Source: Thalassospira australica (lineage in GTDB: Bacteria; Pseudomonadota; Alphaproteobacteria; Rhodospirillales; Thalassospiraceae). From it: 64,000 nt of DNA. A model generated the notes under the pieces. That model saw only the letters and a program-made list of their open reading frames with translations. It ran no database searches and was not told where the DNA came from. Below, piece by piece: positions 29,780-39,704 of this stretch (its first letter is position 1; the number at the start of each line of letters is the position of its first letter). Location of the stretch: positions 2,559,689 to 2,623,688 of the forward strand of contig NZ_CP085258.1 of assembly GCF_044790785.1 (NCBI RefSeq), given 5' to 3'. A program made the translations under genes and the position numbers.

Positions 29780-30541
29780 TCAGGCCCAGGACAGGCTTGC
29801 CGGATCGAACTCCGTTTGATCCGGCAGTGTCAGGCCAAGCCACCCCTGCACACCCGGCCAGATGATCGTGCGATACTGGCCAAAATTGGCATACCGCACC
29901 TCAAAACCAAGGCCCTTGCGCTCAATCGATGACGGCGCATAAAGCTCAAGCGGCGTCATCATCCCCGTGGTGATGGTCTTGGCAAGGCTTTCGCGCGCCA
30001 CCCAAAGCAGGCAAGCGACCCCATGATCGTCAAGATCAATGCTCCTGAACATCTTCCGCACATCGGGCGCAATTCCGTCCAGAATCGCGGGCACATCCTT
30101 CATCGTCGGCAGGTCGACATCAATCCCCAATGGATGGGCACGATGAAACACAAGGGCAACCGCAAACCGATCCGAATGCGACAGCGAAACCGACATGCCC
30201 TGAACATCGTCCCCGCCGCCAGCAATAATCGGCTGATCAAAAACCCCCGATCCGATTTCAATCGATTGCGGATCGATCCCCGGAAAATACGCCTTCAATG
30301 CCGCCTTCGCCGCCAGTCGCCCGCAGATAAAACTTTTACGGCGACGATCATGCCGGAAACTTGCCAGTCGACTCTTTTCCGCCGGATGTAACTGGTTTTC
30401 TGCCAGTTTGTTGCACCCGGCATCATCCAGCCCCTCCAGATCAAGAACCGCCAACACCGCGTGCAGGATATCGGATGGTGCATATGTTCCAGTGCCTTTC
30501 GGGCGCTGGAACATAAGGCTATGGGTTGTGATCGGGGACAT
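29780..30541 (-). CDS. Sfp/EntD-type 4'-phosphopantetheinyl transferase
   Basis: PPTase motifs FICGRLAAKAALKA, SLSHSDRFAVALVF, LGIDVD and WVARESLAKT. ATG at rc 30539-30541 (MSPITT) with AGAAGG SD; the longer ORF to 30592 is probably an over-extension. Its stop lies 12 bp from the convergent NRPS gene 3 stop. Confidence 0.7.
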   Translation of the reverse strand: MSPITTHSLMFQRPKGTGTYAPSDILHAVLAVLDLEGLDDAGCNKLAENQLHPAEKSRLASFRHDRRRKSFICGRLAAKAALKAYFPGIDPQSIEIGSGVFDQPIIAGGGDDVQGMSVSLSHSDRFAVALVFHRAHPLGIDVDLPTMKDVPAILDGIAPDVRKMFRSIDLDDHGVACLLWVARESLAKTITTGMMTPLELYAPSSIERKGLGFEVRYANFGQYRTIIWPGVQGWLGLTLPDQTEFDPASLSWA

Positions 30542-30641
30542 CCGGGTGGCCTTCTGTGCGTCATCAAAAACAGATAAAAAAAGAATGCCCAAAGCACGCT
30601 TTGGGCATTCTCGAAATACGGTCTGAAAACCCGATGATCAA

Positions 30642-31202
30642 TCAGGCTTTGGCGGTCGTTGCACCCGCTGCCGGTTTGGCCGTGGTTTTGCCGCCTTTGA
30701 CAAATTCGGACGCCTTGCGTTTGCCGTCTTCGAATTCGTCCTTGAAACGACCCTTCATTTCATCGGCGTCGAAATCCTCAACCGTTCCGCCCTTGGCAAA
30801 GTGCCACGCGAAAACACGACCCAGCGCATAGGTGCAGGCACCGGCAAAGGTCGGCATGGCGACAACACCAAAGATCGTGCCAACAACCGGAACCTTGCGC
30901 ACCAGCGCCGCCGTTGCATAACCGACACCGGTCATCGGCAGAACCGTTGCAACCAGGGTCGAAATCGAACTCTTGATCGCATTCTCAGAGAACGGAACAC
31001 CATAAATGTCACAAAGCTTTGCAAGCATCCGCACCTGGATGGTGCTGCTGGTGGCCATTTCAAGGAACGGGATCGGGACAAGACCACCAACCGCAGCATA
31101 AACGCTATGACGATGGATGCAGTCACGGGACTGGGCACGAATTTCATCCGCTTTCGCGACGGCCAGTTCTTCAGTCTCTTCGATGGTTTCTGCTTCGCTC
31201 AT
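30642..31202 (-). CDS. DUF697 (YcjF-like) membrane protein, paralog A
   Basis: Core GGLVPIPFLEMATSSTIQVRMLAKLCDIYGVPFS matches the YcjF DUF697 signature (PLPLLDML...IGDIYGIELG). ATG MSEAETIEE at rc 31200-31202 with AGAGG SD. Confidence 0.6.
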   Translation of the reverse strand: MSEAETIEETEELAVAKADEIRAQSRDCIHRHSVYAAVGGLVPIPFLEMATSSTIQVRMLAKLCDIYGVPFSENAIKSSISTLVATVLPMTGVGYATAALVRKVPVVGTIFGVVAMPTFAGACTYALGRVFAWHFAKGGTVEDFDADEMKGRFKDEFEDGKRKASEFVKGGKTTAKPAAGATTAKA

Positions 31203-31303
31203 TATCGCCTCTTGAATTTCTACCTGTAAGTTGATGATCTGCACGCAAAACTTATTCTTCAACTTTACCTGAACTAACCGAAAGTAGCAATGTGTAACAC
31301 CCT

Positions 31304-32698
31304 TTATTTGCTACCGGTTTTTGAAATTTCAGGCTGCCCCGCACTCTCATGTGTCGCGGTCGGTTCCATGTCGCTCTGTTTTACAATACCGTCCCCGTCT
31401 CCGCCGGACCGGTCAAACGACGAGGCGACCGATTTCAAAACATCTTCTGCCGTCTTGCCCGAAGACGAAGCGCCCTCCGCCCCGCCTTCTGTCGGGGCCG
31501 CCGGCTTCATCAGGGGCGTAATCGGAAGCGGGTCAGAATTTGCCGGTGCGTTCCTGTTTGCCCCGGCCGGTCGTTGGCGTTTGCCCGCCGGATCGACCGG
31601 TTCGCGGATCCCGGGCGAAATCGCATTTTGCGGTGCCACTTCCTGCGAACGCGCATTCACCGCCCCCGCATTCGGCAGGCTTTCCTCGGTATCGTTCACA
31701 AGCTCCGCACCAGAATCTGAATCCGGGCTGCTGGCCGTCGGTGCATCCGCAGTATTAAGGATCACGGGCAGGCCGTCCTTGCCGCCAATGATGATCGTCT
31801 TGCTGTTTTTCGATGTCGCAAGCGTCATGGTGGCTTCGATACCGCGCAGGCGCAGATATTCCTCGGTAATCGTTTTGGCAACGATATCCTGAAATTCACG
31901 AATACCTTCCGCCTCGATTTTCTTGCGCTGCTTTTCCTTTTCCTCACGCGCAAGACGGAAATCATATTCCAGCATCGCCTGATATTGTTCGGCCTTGCGT
32001 TCAATGGCATCCGCAACGCGTTCCGGCAGAATAACTGACCGGATCAGAACATCCTCAACCGTTACCAGCCGCCCCTGAAAACTCTGATTAACCAGCGACG
32101 ACCCCAGCTCGTTGACCATGCGTTCAAGAATTTCGGCCTGAATGAAGGCACGGGTTTCGGTATAAAGCTGTTCGGGGGTATAGCGCGAAATCAATTCACG
32201 CGCGTGCGATCCGATTTCCGGATAGACAAGGATTTCCGCATAATTCGGCCCGACCAGCTTGTGCAGCATCCCGACCGCTTCGCGATTGATCCGATAACGC
32301 ACCGCGATATCGACTTCCATCGACAGACCGTTTGATGAAATGGTGTCGTAAACCCGCGCCTGATTTTGCAGACGCGCGTCATAGACATACATTTCATCCC
32401 ACGGGAAGATCATGTGAATGCCTTCACCGTAACTTTGATCAACCACCGTCCCGCCAAAGAACCGGTACCACATCACCGCAACATGCCCGGCAGGCACGGT
32501 AATGAAAATCTGCGGTGCCAACGCGAAAATCGCGATCAGCAAAAACAGAATCCCGATCAGAAATGCCGTGCGCAAACGCCGCAGGCGTTCCCCTGCGCTG
32601 ATGAAAAAGCGCCGCCAAAAGATCGACCACCGCCCTCTTTTGCGGGCAGTTGCGTTTTCGTCTGGTGCTCCGGGTGCGACTGTCGCGCTATCAACCAT
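31304..32698 (-). CDS. SPFH/band-7 (prohibitin/HflC-like) membrane protein with long disordered C-terminal tail
   Basis: N-terminal TM (LIGILFLLIAIFALAP), then SPFH core (VPAGHVAVMWYRFFGG...SMEVDIAVRYRI) and a coiled-coil (EEKEKQRKKIEAEGIRE). This is followed by about 170 aa of A/P/S/G/D-rich low-complexity sequence. Confidence 0.75.
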   Translation of the reverse strand: MVDSATVAPGAPDENATARKRGRWSIFWRRFFISAGERLRRLRTAFLIGILFLLIAIFALAPQIFITVPAGHVAVMWYRFFGGTVVDQSYGEGIHMIFPWDEMYVYDARLQNQARVYDTISSNGLSMEVDIAVRYRINREAVGMLHKLVGPNYAEILVYPEIGSHARELISRYTPEQLYTETRAFIQAEILERMVNELGSSLVNQSFQGRLVTVEDVLIRSVILPERVADAIERKAEQYQAMLEYDFRLAREEKEKQRKKIEAEGIREFQDIVAKTITEEYLRLRGIEATMTLATSKNSKTIIIGGKDGLPVILNTADAPTASSPDSDSGAELVNDTEESLPNAGAVNARSQEVAPQNAISPGIREPVDPAGKRQRPAGANRNAPANSDPLPITPLMKPAAPTEGGAEGASSSGKTAEDVLKSVASSFDRSGGDGDGIVKQSDMEPTATHESAGQPEISKTGSK

Positions 32699-32756
32699 TC
32701 ATCATCTCGTCGTCGGGTGTATCATGGCGCATGCTGATCGCCCCTCAGCCATCATC

Positions 32757-32954
32757 TTATTCATAGTCAAGGTCTTTAAGCTTTTCACGAAGCTCCCGCG
32801 ACGGGCGCGCGACGATCTGAACCAGAAAATCACCAATCGGGGTAATGACAATCGCCAGCAGGAAATGGCCCAGAAACCCGAACGACGTTTTGCGCCCAAG
32901 CATGCCGCAAACAATGCAGGCCAGCAGATAAATTACAATCAAAATCAAATGCAT
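32757..32954 (-). CDS. small hydrophobic membrane protein (65 aa), hypothetical
   Basis: Two predicted TM helices (ILIVIYLLACIVCGMLG; FLGHFLLAIVITPIG). Co-directional, located between the SPFH gene and DUF697 paralog B. Coding status is uncertain. Confidence 0.35.
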   Translation of the reverse strand: MHLILIVIYLLACIVCGMLGRKTSFGFLGHFLLAIVITPIGDFLVQIVARPSRELREKLKDLDYE

Positions 32955-32998
32955 CGTTTCGCCACCCGAATTCCTGTTATTGCGCGATTACGCATTCT

Positions 32999-33505
32999 TT
33001 ACGCCGTTTTTCCGTCCCGTTCGAATTTCAGGCCATCCTTGAATTTCTGACGAAACTCGGCCTCCGCCTTTTTGGCATCAAAGTTCGTTAATGTGCCGCC
33101 CGCGGCATAATGCTGCTGGAAAACCCGGCCAAGCGCATAGGTAAATGCCGCATTGAAACCCGGCATCGTCACAATGCTCAGTGTCGATCCGACAATCGGC
33201 ATCACCTTGGCAAGGTTGGAAAATATCCCGGTTCCCAAAAGAGCCCGCCCCAAAACACCACTGGTAATGCACGCCGTTAAGGCCGCAATCACCGATTTGC
33301 CGCTGCTTTTGTTGAATTCGACGCCATAAACATCGCTCAGTTCCGCCAGCATTTTAAGCTGCACGGCAACCGTCGCCGCAGAATCGACAACAGGGATCGG
33401 AACAAAGCCGGTCGTGGCGGCCCATAGTGTATTGCGTTGCACAACACCACTTGCAAGCCGGTGCTGTTTGCGCCGCTTCAGCACTTCAAGCGTTTCAGCC
33501 CCCAT
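32999..33505 (-). CDS. DUF697 (YcjF-like) membrane protein, paralog B
   Basis: TGFVPIPVVDSAATVAVQLKMLAELSDVYGVEF... is a clear paralog of the 30642-31202 product. ATG MGAETLEV at rc 33503-33505 with GGGGGA SD. Confidence 0.6.
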   Translation of the reverse strand: MGAETLEVLKRRKQHRLASGVVQRNTLWAATTGFVPIPVVDSAATVAVQLKMLAELSDVYGVEFNKSSGKSVIAALTACITSGVLGRALLGTGIFSNLAKVMPIVGSTLSIVTMPGFNAAFTYALGRVFQQHYAAGGTLTNFDAKKAEAEFRQKFKDGLKFERDGKTA

Positions 33506-33700
33506 AACGTCCCCCGGTTTATTGTCCCGTGCCAAATCATAATCGCTAACTATCAGCACTGCAAACCGAATCAAGGTTTTATACAGCCTTGACCCAACTC
33601 CCGATGCAATCAACCATATGGTTTGTGAAAGCCGGTTTCTGAGGATATAACCGGCTTAACAGGATCATGATTTGAAAATATATGTCGCCGGAGACACGTT

Positions 33701-34483
33701 TTGAAGCTGTCTACCAAGATCGGGCTGGCCCTTTTTCTTGTGCTTGCAAGCGCACTGAGCATGACCACGGTCCTGAACTATCTGCGATTCGACCAGACGC
33801 TGCACACTCTTCTGTCACAGCGCATGACCGTGATCCTCAATGAAACCAGTCAGGATATCCTTGCGGGGATCGATCTGGGTTTGCGGCTGGAAAACATGGA
33901 AAATCTGCAATCAATCCTGAACCGGCGTCTGGATATGTCCAACGATATCCGCAATGTCGCCGTTCTGGACTGCGACGGCACGATCATCAGCAACGCCGCC
34001 CGGTCCGCTGATGACAAGGTCGGCTCCGGGGCCGCGATATCGCAACAGCCCCGTGATCAGTGGATCGATTTCGCACCGGGCATCGCCACCGCCGGGCAGG
34101 TTCTGCGCGACAGCCTTGGCCAATGCACCGGTCAGGTCGTCATCACCGCAAGCGCCCAGGCCTCCGAAGCCAAACTTGCCAATGCCCTATCTGAAATGTG
34201 GAAATCCGCCGCCCTTGGCATGGGCATGATCGTTCCCATCCTTGGCGTCCTGTTCATTCTGATGCGTCGTCGTCATCGCGTTTTCGAAGAACTGCACGAA
34301 GATCTGGCACGCGCGGTCGCGGGCGAAGCCCCCAATATCCGCCCCCATGACGGCGATGTCCTGACCGAAAGCGAAATCGAACTGATCGCCCTTTACCGTG
34401 AAATTCGCGATCAGTTACCTCATGACTCTGACAAAGACAGCACCGCTCGCGTATCAAAAACCCCGGCGGAGACAAAAAAATGA
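33701..34483 (+). CDS. membrane protein with TM-periplasmic domain-TM-cytoplasmic tail (sensor-like), hypothetical
   Basis: TTG start with GGAGA SD. N-terminal TM (IGLALFLVLASALSM), about 150 aa extracytoplasmic segment, second TM (MGMIVPILGVLFILM), acidic cytoplasmic tail. Its extracytoplasmic segment is a paralog of the N-terminus of the downstream MFS fusion. The stop overlaps the next start (ATGA). Confidence 0.5.
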   Translation: MKLSTKIGLALFLVLASALSMTTVLNYLRFDQTLHTLLSQRMTVILNETSQDILAGIDLGLRLENMENLQSILNRRLDMSNDIRNVAVLDCDGTIISNAARSADDKVGSGAAISQQPRDQWIDFAPGIATAGQVLRDSLGQCTGQVVITASAQASEAKLANALSEMWKSAALGMGMIVPILGVLFILMRRRHRVFEELHEDLARAVAGEAPNIRPHDGDVLTESEIELIALYREIRDQLPHDSDKDSTARVSKTPAETKK

Positions 34484-36498
34484 CCCTCTCTGCCAACCCG
34501 AAAACCAAACCCCGTCCCGCCGCATCCGGTCACACACCCCCACATGGCGGGAATATCCGAAGCCGCCTTTTCCCCAAGGGCACCATCTGGATTCTGCTGC
34601 TGTTCAGCACAATCTCGCTTTGCATCGCGCTGGTCGGGATTTCATGGCGGGCCGCCGAGCTGGCGCGCGCAGATCTGCAAACCGAAATCCGCGAAAAAGC
34701 CGGGATCGAGGCACGGGTTCTTGGCGAAAAAATCGAAAACGCCCTGAATCTGGGCATTCCGCTGCGCGAGATTGTCGGCTTCGAAGCCGTCGTCTATCAG
34801 CTTCGCGACGGAGATCCCGATCTGGTTTTTGCAGCCATTGCTGACAAGGGCGGCGAAATACTGCATGCAGGCGGCCTGCCATCCGATGAAATCGCCACCG
34901 CCCTGAAGGCCCCGTCGGGGAACGACACCCCCTATATCGTGACCCGTCTGGGCCTCCCCCAAGCCGAGGGGCGCGACGATATCGAGGTTGTCCTTGGTCA
35001 TGCCCGTGCCGCCCTGATGCGCCCGGTCACCGACAATCTTTATGACATTGCGATCATTTTCATCATTACGCTCGCCCTGTCGTTTGAACTGATGTTGCTG
35101 GTGCTGACCGTCAATGTCGCCCTGCCGGTGCGGGTTGCGCGCAAGGTTCTGGGCAATGTGCGCGACCGCAAATTCACCCTGCTGCATGGCCAAAGTACGC
35201 ATGACGAAATCGGCCAGTTCATGGAACGCATCAATTCCATGATCAACACCACCGCCCAAAAGGTCGGCACACATCCTCAACGCGAACGCGAGGTAAAGCT
35301 GATCGGGGTTCGCATGCTGGCCTTCATGTTCGTTCTGGCCGAAGAACTGGCCCGCCCGATCATGCCTGCCTTCTTTAGCCAGGTCACATCCCACAGCATC
35401 GATGGGCAGCTTGGTGCCGGTGTGGTCATGGCGGTGCATCTTCTGATGATCGCCCTTGCCATGCCGATCTGCAGCCTGTTTCAGGAACAGGTCGGATCAT
35501 TGCGCATGTATCTGTGCGGCGCGTTTCTGGCGACACTTGGCCTGATCGGCACCGCCTTTGCCGTTGGCATCTGGGACCTTGTGCTATGGCGCGCATTATC
35601 GGGGATCGGTTATGCCACCACCTTTGTCGCTTGTCAGTCCTATGTCCTTGATGCCACCAATGACAGCAACCGCACACAGGGTACGGCCATGATGGTCAGT
35701 GGCATCATGCTGGCCGATATCTGCGGCCCGGCCATCGGCGGGATTGTCGCCGGTCATTTCGGCCCGGACATGACCTTTATCGCCGGTGCGACCATTGCCT
35801 TTCTCGCCGTCCTTCTGGCCTTCTTCCTTATGGACAATATGGTGCGCGGCAAAACCCCGCCGCCGATCCCGACCAAAGCCGCCCTTCGTGCCATGCTCGG
35901 CAATCGCCGTTTGCAGGTGCTGATCCTGTTTGCCGCCATTCCCGCCAAACTGATCCTCAGCGGCTTTTTATATTACCTGACCCCGATGATCTTGCTGCAA
36001 TCGGGTGCCACCACGGCTGAAACCGGGCGGGTGATCATGCTTTACGGTCTGGTCGCCATCCTGACCGGCTGGGCCGCGGCAAAATGGACCGACAAGAACC
36101 AGAATGAAACCCGTGCGGTCGGCATTGGCGGCGGGTTGACCGCCGCCGGGTTGTTGCTGGCGGGCTGGCTTCCGGAATATGCGCTGTTTGCGGTGGCGGT
36201 TGCCCTGCTTGGTCTGGCACAGGCCACCTCAATCCCCGCACAGCTCTCCGCCAGTCTGAAACTCAGCAAGGATTTCACCAAGGATCACGGCACCGGCCCG
36301 GTCCTTGCGGTCCTGCGTCTGGCCGAACGGCTGGGCGGGGCGGCAGGTCCGTTGCTAGCCGCCGGTTTGACCCTTCTGGTCGGAACCACACATGCCGTCC
36401 TGATTTTCGGGGCTTTTGCCGCCGTCTCGGTTATGTGCTTCGAACTTCTGATCGGTCATGTTCCAGCCGACCAAAAAGAGCAGGGAGGGAAAAAATGA
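34480..36498 (+). CDS. MFS transporter fused to an N-terminal two-TM extracytoplasmic sensor-like domain plus HAMP-like linker
   Basis: 672 aa. N-terminal roughly 270 aa: TM, periplasmic domain, TM, HAMP-like (RVARKVLGNVRDRKFTLLHGQSTHDEIGQFMERI). C-terminal roughly 400 aa with a 12-TM MFS pattern (ALSGIGYATTFVACQSY, GPAIGGIVAGHFG). ATGA coupling on both sides. Confidence 0.7.
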   Translation: MTLSANPKTKPRPAASGHTPPHGGNIRSRLFPKGTIWILLLFSTISLCIALVGISWRAAELARADLQTEIREKAGIEARVLGEKIENALNLGIPLREIVGFEAVVYQLRDGDPDLVFAAIADKGGEILHAGGLPSDEIATALKAPSGNDTPYIVTRLGLPQAEGRDDIEVVLGHARAALMRPVTDNLYDIAIIFIITLALSFELMLLVLTVNVALPVRVARKVLGNVRDRKFTLLHGQSTHDEIGQFMERINSMINTTAQKVGTHPQREREVKLIGVRMLAFMFVLAEELARPIMPAFFSQVTSHSIDGQLGAGVVMAVHLLMIALAMPICSLFQEQVGSLRMYLCGAFLATLGLIGTAFAVGIWDLVLWRALSGIGYATTFVACQSYVLDATNDSNRTQGTAMMVSGIMLADICGPAIGGIVAGHFGPDMTFIAGATIAFLAVLLAFFLMDNMVRGKTPPPIPTKAALRAMLGNRRLQVLILFAAIPAKLILSGFLYYLTPMILLQSGATTAETGRVIMLYGLVAILTGWAAAKWTDKNQNETRAVGIGGGLTAAGLLLAGWLPEYALFAVAVALLGLAQATSIPAQLSASLKLSKDFTKDHGTGPVLAVLRLAERLGGAAGPLLAAGLTLLVGTTHAVLIFGAFAAVSVMCFELLIGHVPADQKEQGGKK

Positions 36499-37529
36499 CA
36501 TTCCCCCGTCCCCCGGCGTCACGCCTGTCTGGTATTCTCGCGGCCCTGATCCTCGCACTCGGCATGGTCGGCGTGGCGTTCTTGCCAACTGCATATGCGC
36601 AATCCTCAAAGGACCCGCTGAAAATCGCCATGATCCTGTGGCGCGGTGAAACCAATGTCGAACAGGGATTTCGCGCCTATTTCGATGAAAACAGCATCCC
36701 GGTCGACCTGACCATTTATGACGTTGCGCGTGATCTGTCGCGCGTGCCCGCCATCATCGATCAGATCCGCAAAGACCCGCCCGATCTGGTTTACACATGG
36801 GGCACCGGCATCACATCTTCTGTCGTCGGCAAATACGATGCCGTTGATCCGGCGCACAACATCACCGATCTTCCGGTGGTTTATGTAATGGTTTCATCGC
36901 CGTGGAAAACCGGCATCGCCGCCCCCGTGGGCCAAAGCCGCCCCAATGTCACCGGGGCCGCCCACATCGCCCCGCTTGCCGCCCAGATCAACGCCATCCG
37001 TGCCTATCGCCCGATGGATAAACTCGGGGTGGTCTATAACAGCCGCGAGGATAATTCCGTTTCCAACGTCGCCGATCTGACTGAACTCGGCCGCGAAATG
37101 GGGTTCGAGGTTCTGGCCGCCACCCTTGGTACCGACGGCGAACCGTCCCCCGATGACATTGCCCCTGCGGTTGCCGAACTGGCGCGCAAGGGTGCCGATA
37201 TCCTGTATATCGGCCCCGACAATTTCATCGGCAATTATCGCGACACCCTGACCGATGCCGGTTTTGCCAACGGGCTTGCTGCGTTTAGCGCGACCGAACT
37301 TGAAGTCCGCGACGGTCACGCCATGCTGGGCCTTGTCAGCCGCTATGAACTTGTCGGCCGTCTCGCCGCCAGCAAGGTCGAACAAATTCTGATTGATGGC
37401 ATATCGCCGGCCGATATCCCGGTCGAAACGCTTGACCGGTTTTCTTATCTGATCCGGCTGTCATCGGCGCGCAAACTGAAACTCTATCCGCCCCTGTCGC
37501 TGCTCGATTACGCGGAAGTCATCGAATGA
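36495..37529 (+). CDS. periplasmic substrate-binding protein (ABC_sub_bind/PF04392-like)
   Basis: Signal peptide (ILAALILALGMVGVAFLPTAYAQ), periplasmic binding-protein fold pattern, GGAGGG SD, ATG overlapping the MFS stop. No cognate permease or ATPase nearby. Confidence 0.6.
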   Translation: MTFPRPPASRLSGILAALILALGMVGVAFLPTAYAQSSKDPLKIAMILWRGETNVEQGFRAYFDENSIPVDLTIYDVARDLSRVPAIIDQIRKDPPDLVYTWGTGITSSVVGKYDAVDPAHNITDLPVVYVMVSSPWKTGIAAPVGQSRPNVTGAAHIAPLAAQINAIRAYRPMDKLGVVYNSREDNSVSNVADLTELGREMGFEVLAATLGTDGEPSPDDIAPAVAELARKGADILYIGPDNFIGNYRDTLTDAGFANGLAAFSATELEVRDGHAMLGLVSRYELVGRLAASKVEQILIDGISPADIPVETLDRFSYLIRLSSARKLKLYPPLSLLDYAEVIE

Positions 37530-38197
37530 CCCAACTGACCCGGCTTGGCCCTTCCCATCTTCCGGCCATCATCGCCCTGCATCACAGGGTGATTGCGGAC
37601 CTGCCGCCGGGTAATGCCGCCACCGAAACCGATCAGTTCTTTGCCGATCATCTGGATGCCTGCGGGCAAATCTTTGGGGCCTTTGACGGGGACCGTCTGA
37701 TGGCCTATTGCGTGCTGGGATTGCCGCGCGAAACCGATCCGAATTTCGGCACCGACCATCACCTGCCCCCAGATCAGCTTCGCAAGGTCGCCCATATCGA
37801 CGGGGTCGCGGTTGATCCGCAATGGCGCGGACGGGGATGGCAACGCAGAATGGTCGAATACCGCATCGAAATCGCCCGAAAAAGCGGGCGCACCATCGTT
37901 CTCAGCACCGTCGCACCAACCAATTTCGCAAGCCTGATCAGCACGGTCTCAACCGGCCTTACCATTCATGGGTTGATCGCAAAATTTGGTGGAAACCGTT
38001 TTCTGCTGCGCCGGGATATCGGCCCCGATCAGGATGCAAAATTCCCGTCCGCACCCGATACCGCAATCTGGTGCGCCAGTGACGATCTTGCGACCTGTCG
38101 GAAATTGCTTGATGACGGATTTATCGGCCCGCTTTGCCAATCATCAACCCACGGCACGGCACCGCGCATCGGCTGGGTTCCGGCTATATCCGCCTAA
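37526..38197 (+). CDS. GNAT-family N-acetyltransferase
   Basis: GNAT motif A (VAVDPQWRGRGWQRRMV). 223 aa; ATG overlaps the upstream stop (ATGA). Confidence 0.65.
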   Translation: MTQLTRLGPSHLPAIIALHHRVIADLPPGNAATETDQFFADHLDACGQIFGAFDGDRLMAYCVLGLPRETDPNFGTDHHLPPDQLRKVAHIDGVAVDPQWRGRGWQRRMVEYRIEIARKSGRTIVLSTVAPTNFASLISTVSTGLTIHGLIAKFGGNRFLLRRDIGPDQDAKFPSAPDTAIWCASDDLATCRKLLDDGFIGPLCQSSTHGTAPRIGWVPAISA

Positions 38198-38206
38198 TAA
38201 CGCGGC

Positions 38207-39487
38207 TTATTGCTGATAGGTATAATTCCATTTGCGCGGCCCTTTCGGGTCGGCCTGCTGATAATAGGGTTGCCAGTCGCAGGCATGCGCATCGGTTTCC
38301 CAATAACATGCCGCCCCCTTATGGAACGGCAGGAAATTGCCCTTTTCAAACATATCGTCGGCAACCACACTCCGGAATGTCGGATATGTTTCCTTCATCC
38401 GGTCGATATTTTCATGAACGATCCGCGTGATCCAGTACACCACATATGGATCAGCCGGTTCATAGGCAATCAGGGACGCCTTGAAGCCATAGGATGAAAT
38501 CGCTTCTTCCTGCGCGCTATATGTTTTCGCTGGCAAAACCTGATTAAAGAAATACTGGTTTGCCTTGACCATTTCATCGGTCAAAGGCCCGCCCATGCCA
38601 ACAACCCGCGCCCCGCAGCCAAGCGTATCTTCAATCAGGGTCGCCGGATGCCCGATCCAAAGACCGAACGCATCGATATAATTCTCGCAGATGCCAAGCT
38701 CGTTATAATCCTGCGCAACGCCGTAAACGGTATCAAGATCATCAACCGTGATGTTGTAGCGCGACAGAAGTTCAAGCCACAATTCCCGCGATGCCGATCC
38801 TTCCGGCCCGATATTGATGCGTTTGCCGCGCAAATCGGCAACCGATTCAATGTCGGAATCATCGCGCACAACCAGCAGCCCCATTTCATCATGCAGCGAC
38901 ATTACCGACCGCGCACCGGGGATCGGCGCAATGCCTTTCTGCGCTTCCCAGTTATTGTTCGACTGCACGATGGCAAGCTGCACCCGCCCTTCCTTCATCA
39001 GGCGGATATTGCTGCCAACTCCCTGGGATCGCAACGGCACGCAATGCACGCGATGGCGTTCAAAGGTACGGCTCATCATCTCGCAAATCTGGGCTGCGAC
39101 CTTGAAATACACGCCGCTCGTGCTGCCGCTGTAAATCGCCGCGTAATAGGATCTCTCGGTCTTGCCGTCCCCGGCAATCTCATCGATGTTGCTCAACGCC
39201 GCCAGACTTTCCGGGTCGGTTGCCCGGCGACGGTACTGCGACAACGGAATGGCATCGGGCTTGTAAATCAGGCCGTCGATCAGATCGGGATTGGATATTG
39301 CCGGATCAATGATGGCATCGTCATATGTGTCGACATTGATATCGGGCAGGACGTCAACCGGCGACATATCGGCATTTGCGTCCTCGGCAACAGTACCGCT
39401 CTGCGCATAGGCAACAGCAGACACCGCTGACAACATCATCGCCAGCATACCGGTCGCAATCGTTCTCATGCCGATCTCAAAACGCAA
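38207..39487 (-). CDS. TAXI-family TRAP transporter solute receptor (orphan, no adjacent DctQM permease)
   Basis: Signal peptide (MLAMMLSAVSAVAYAQ). TAXI-like core (YYAAIYSGSTSGVYFKVAAQICE...NIRLMKEGRVQLAIVQS). 426 aa. Confidence 0.6.
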   Translation of the reverse strand: MRFEIGMRTIATGMLAMMLSAVSAVAYAQSGTVAEDANADMSPVDVLPDINVDTYDDAIIDPAISNPDLIDGLIYKPDAIPLSQYRRRATDPESLAALSNIDEIAGDGKTERSYYAAIYSGSTSGVYFKVAAQICEMMSRTFERHRVHCVPLRSQGVGSNIRLMKEGRVQLAIVQSNNNWEAQKGIAPIPGARSVMSLHDEMGLLVVRDDSDIESVADLRGKRINIGPEGSASRELWLELLSRYNITVDDLDTVYGVAQDYNELGICENYIDAFGLWIGHPATLIEDTLGCGARVVGMGGPLTDEMVKANQYFFNQVLPAKTYSAQEEAISSYGFKASLIAYEPADPYVVYWITRIVHENIDRMKETYPTFRSVVADDMFEKGNFLPFHKGAACYWETDAHACDWQPYYQQADPKGPRKWNYTYQQ

Positions 39488-39704
39488 AACCGTCCACTCA
39501 ATCGTTAGTGATGAACCAATCGCCGCATTCTAAAGGATCATCGGGAAGCCCGTCGAGAGCGAAGATGAATTAATATCCCTATTCTCAGCGATTTAACACA
39601 ACGAACAATATTCAGATTGTGTTTGACGCAACATCATACGACCCTCATAAACCACAAGGATACATAACAGAAAACCGGACCACGGCCAGATTTCGGAGAA
39701 GACG

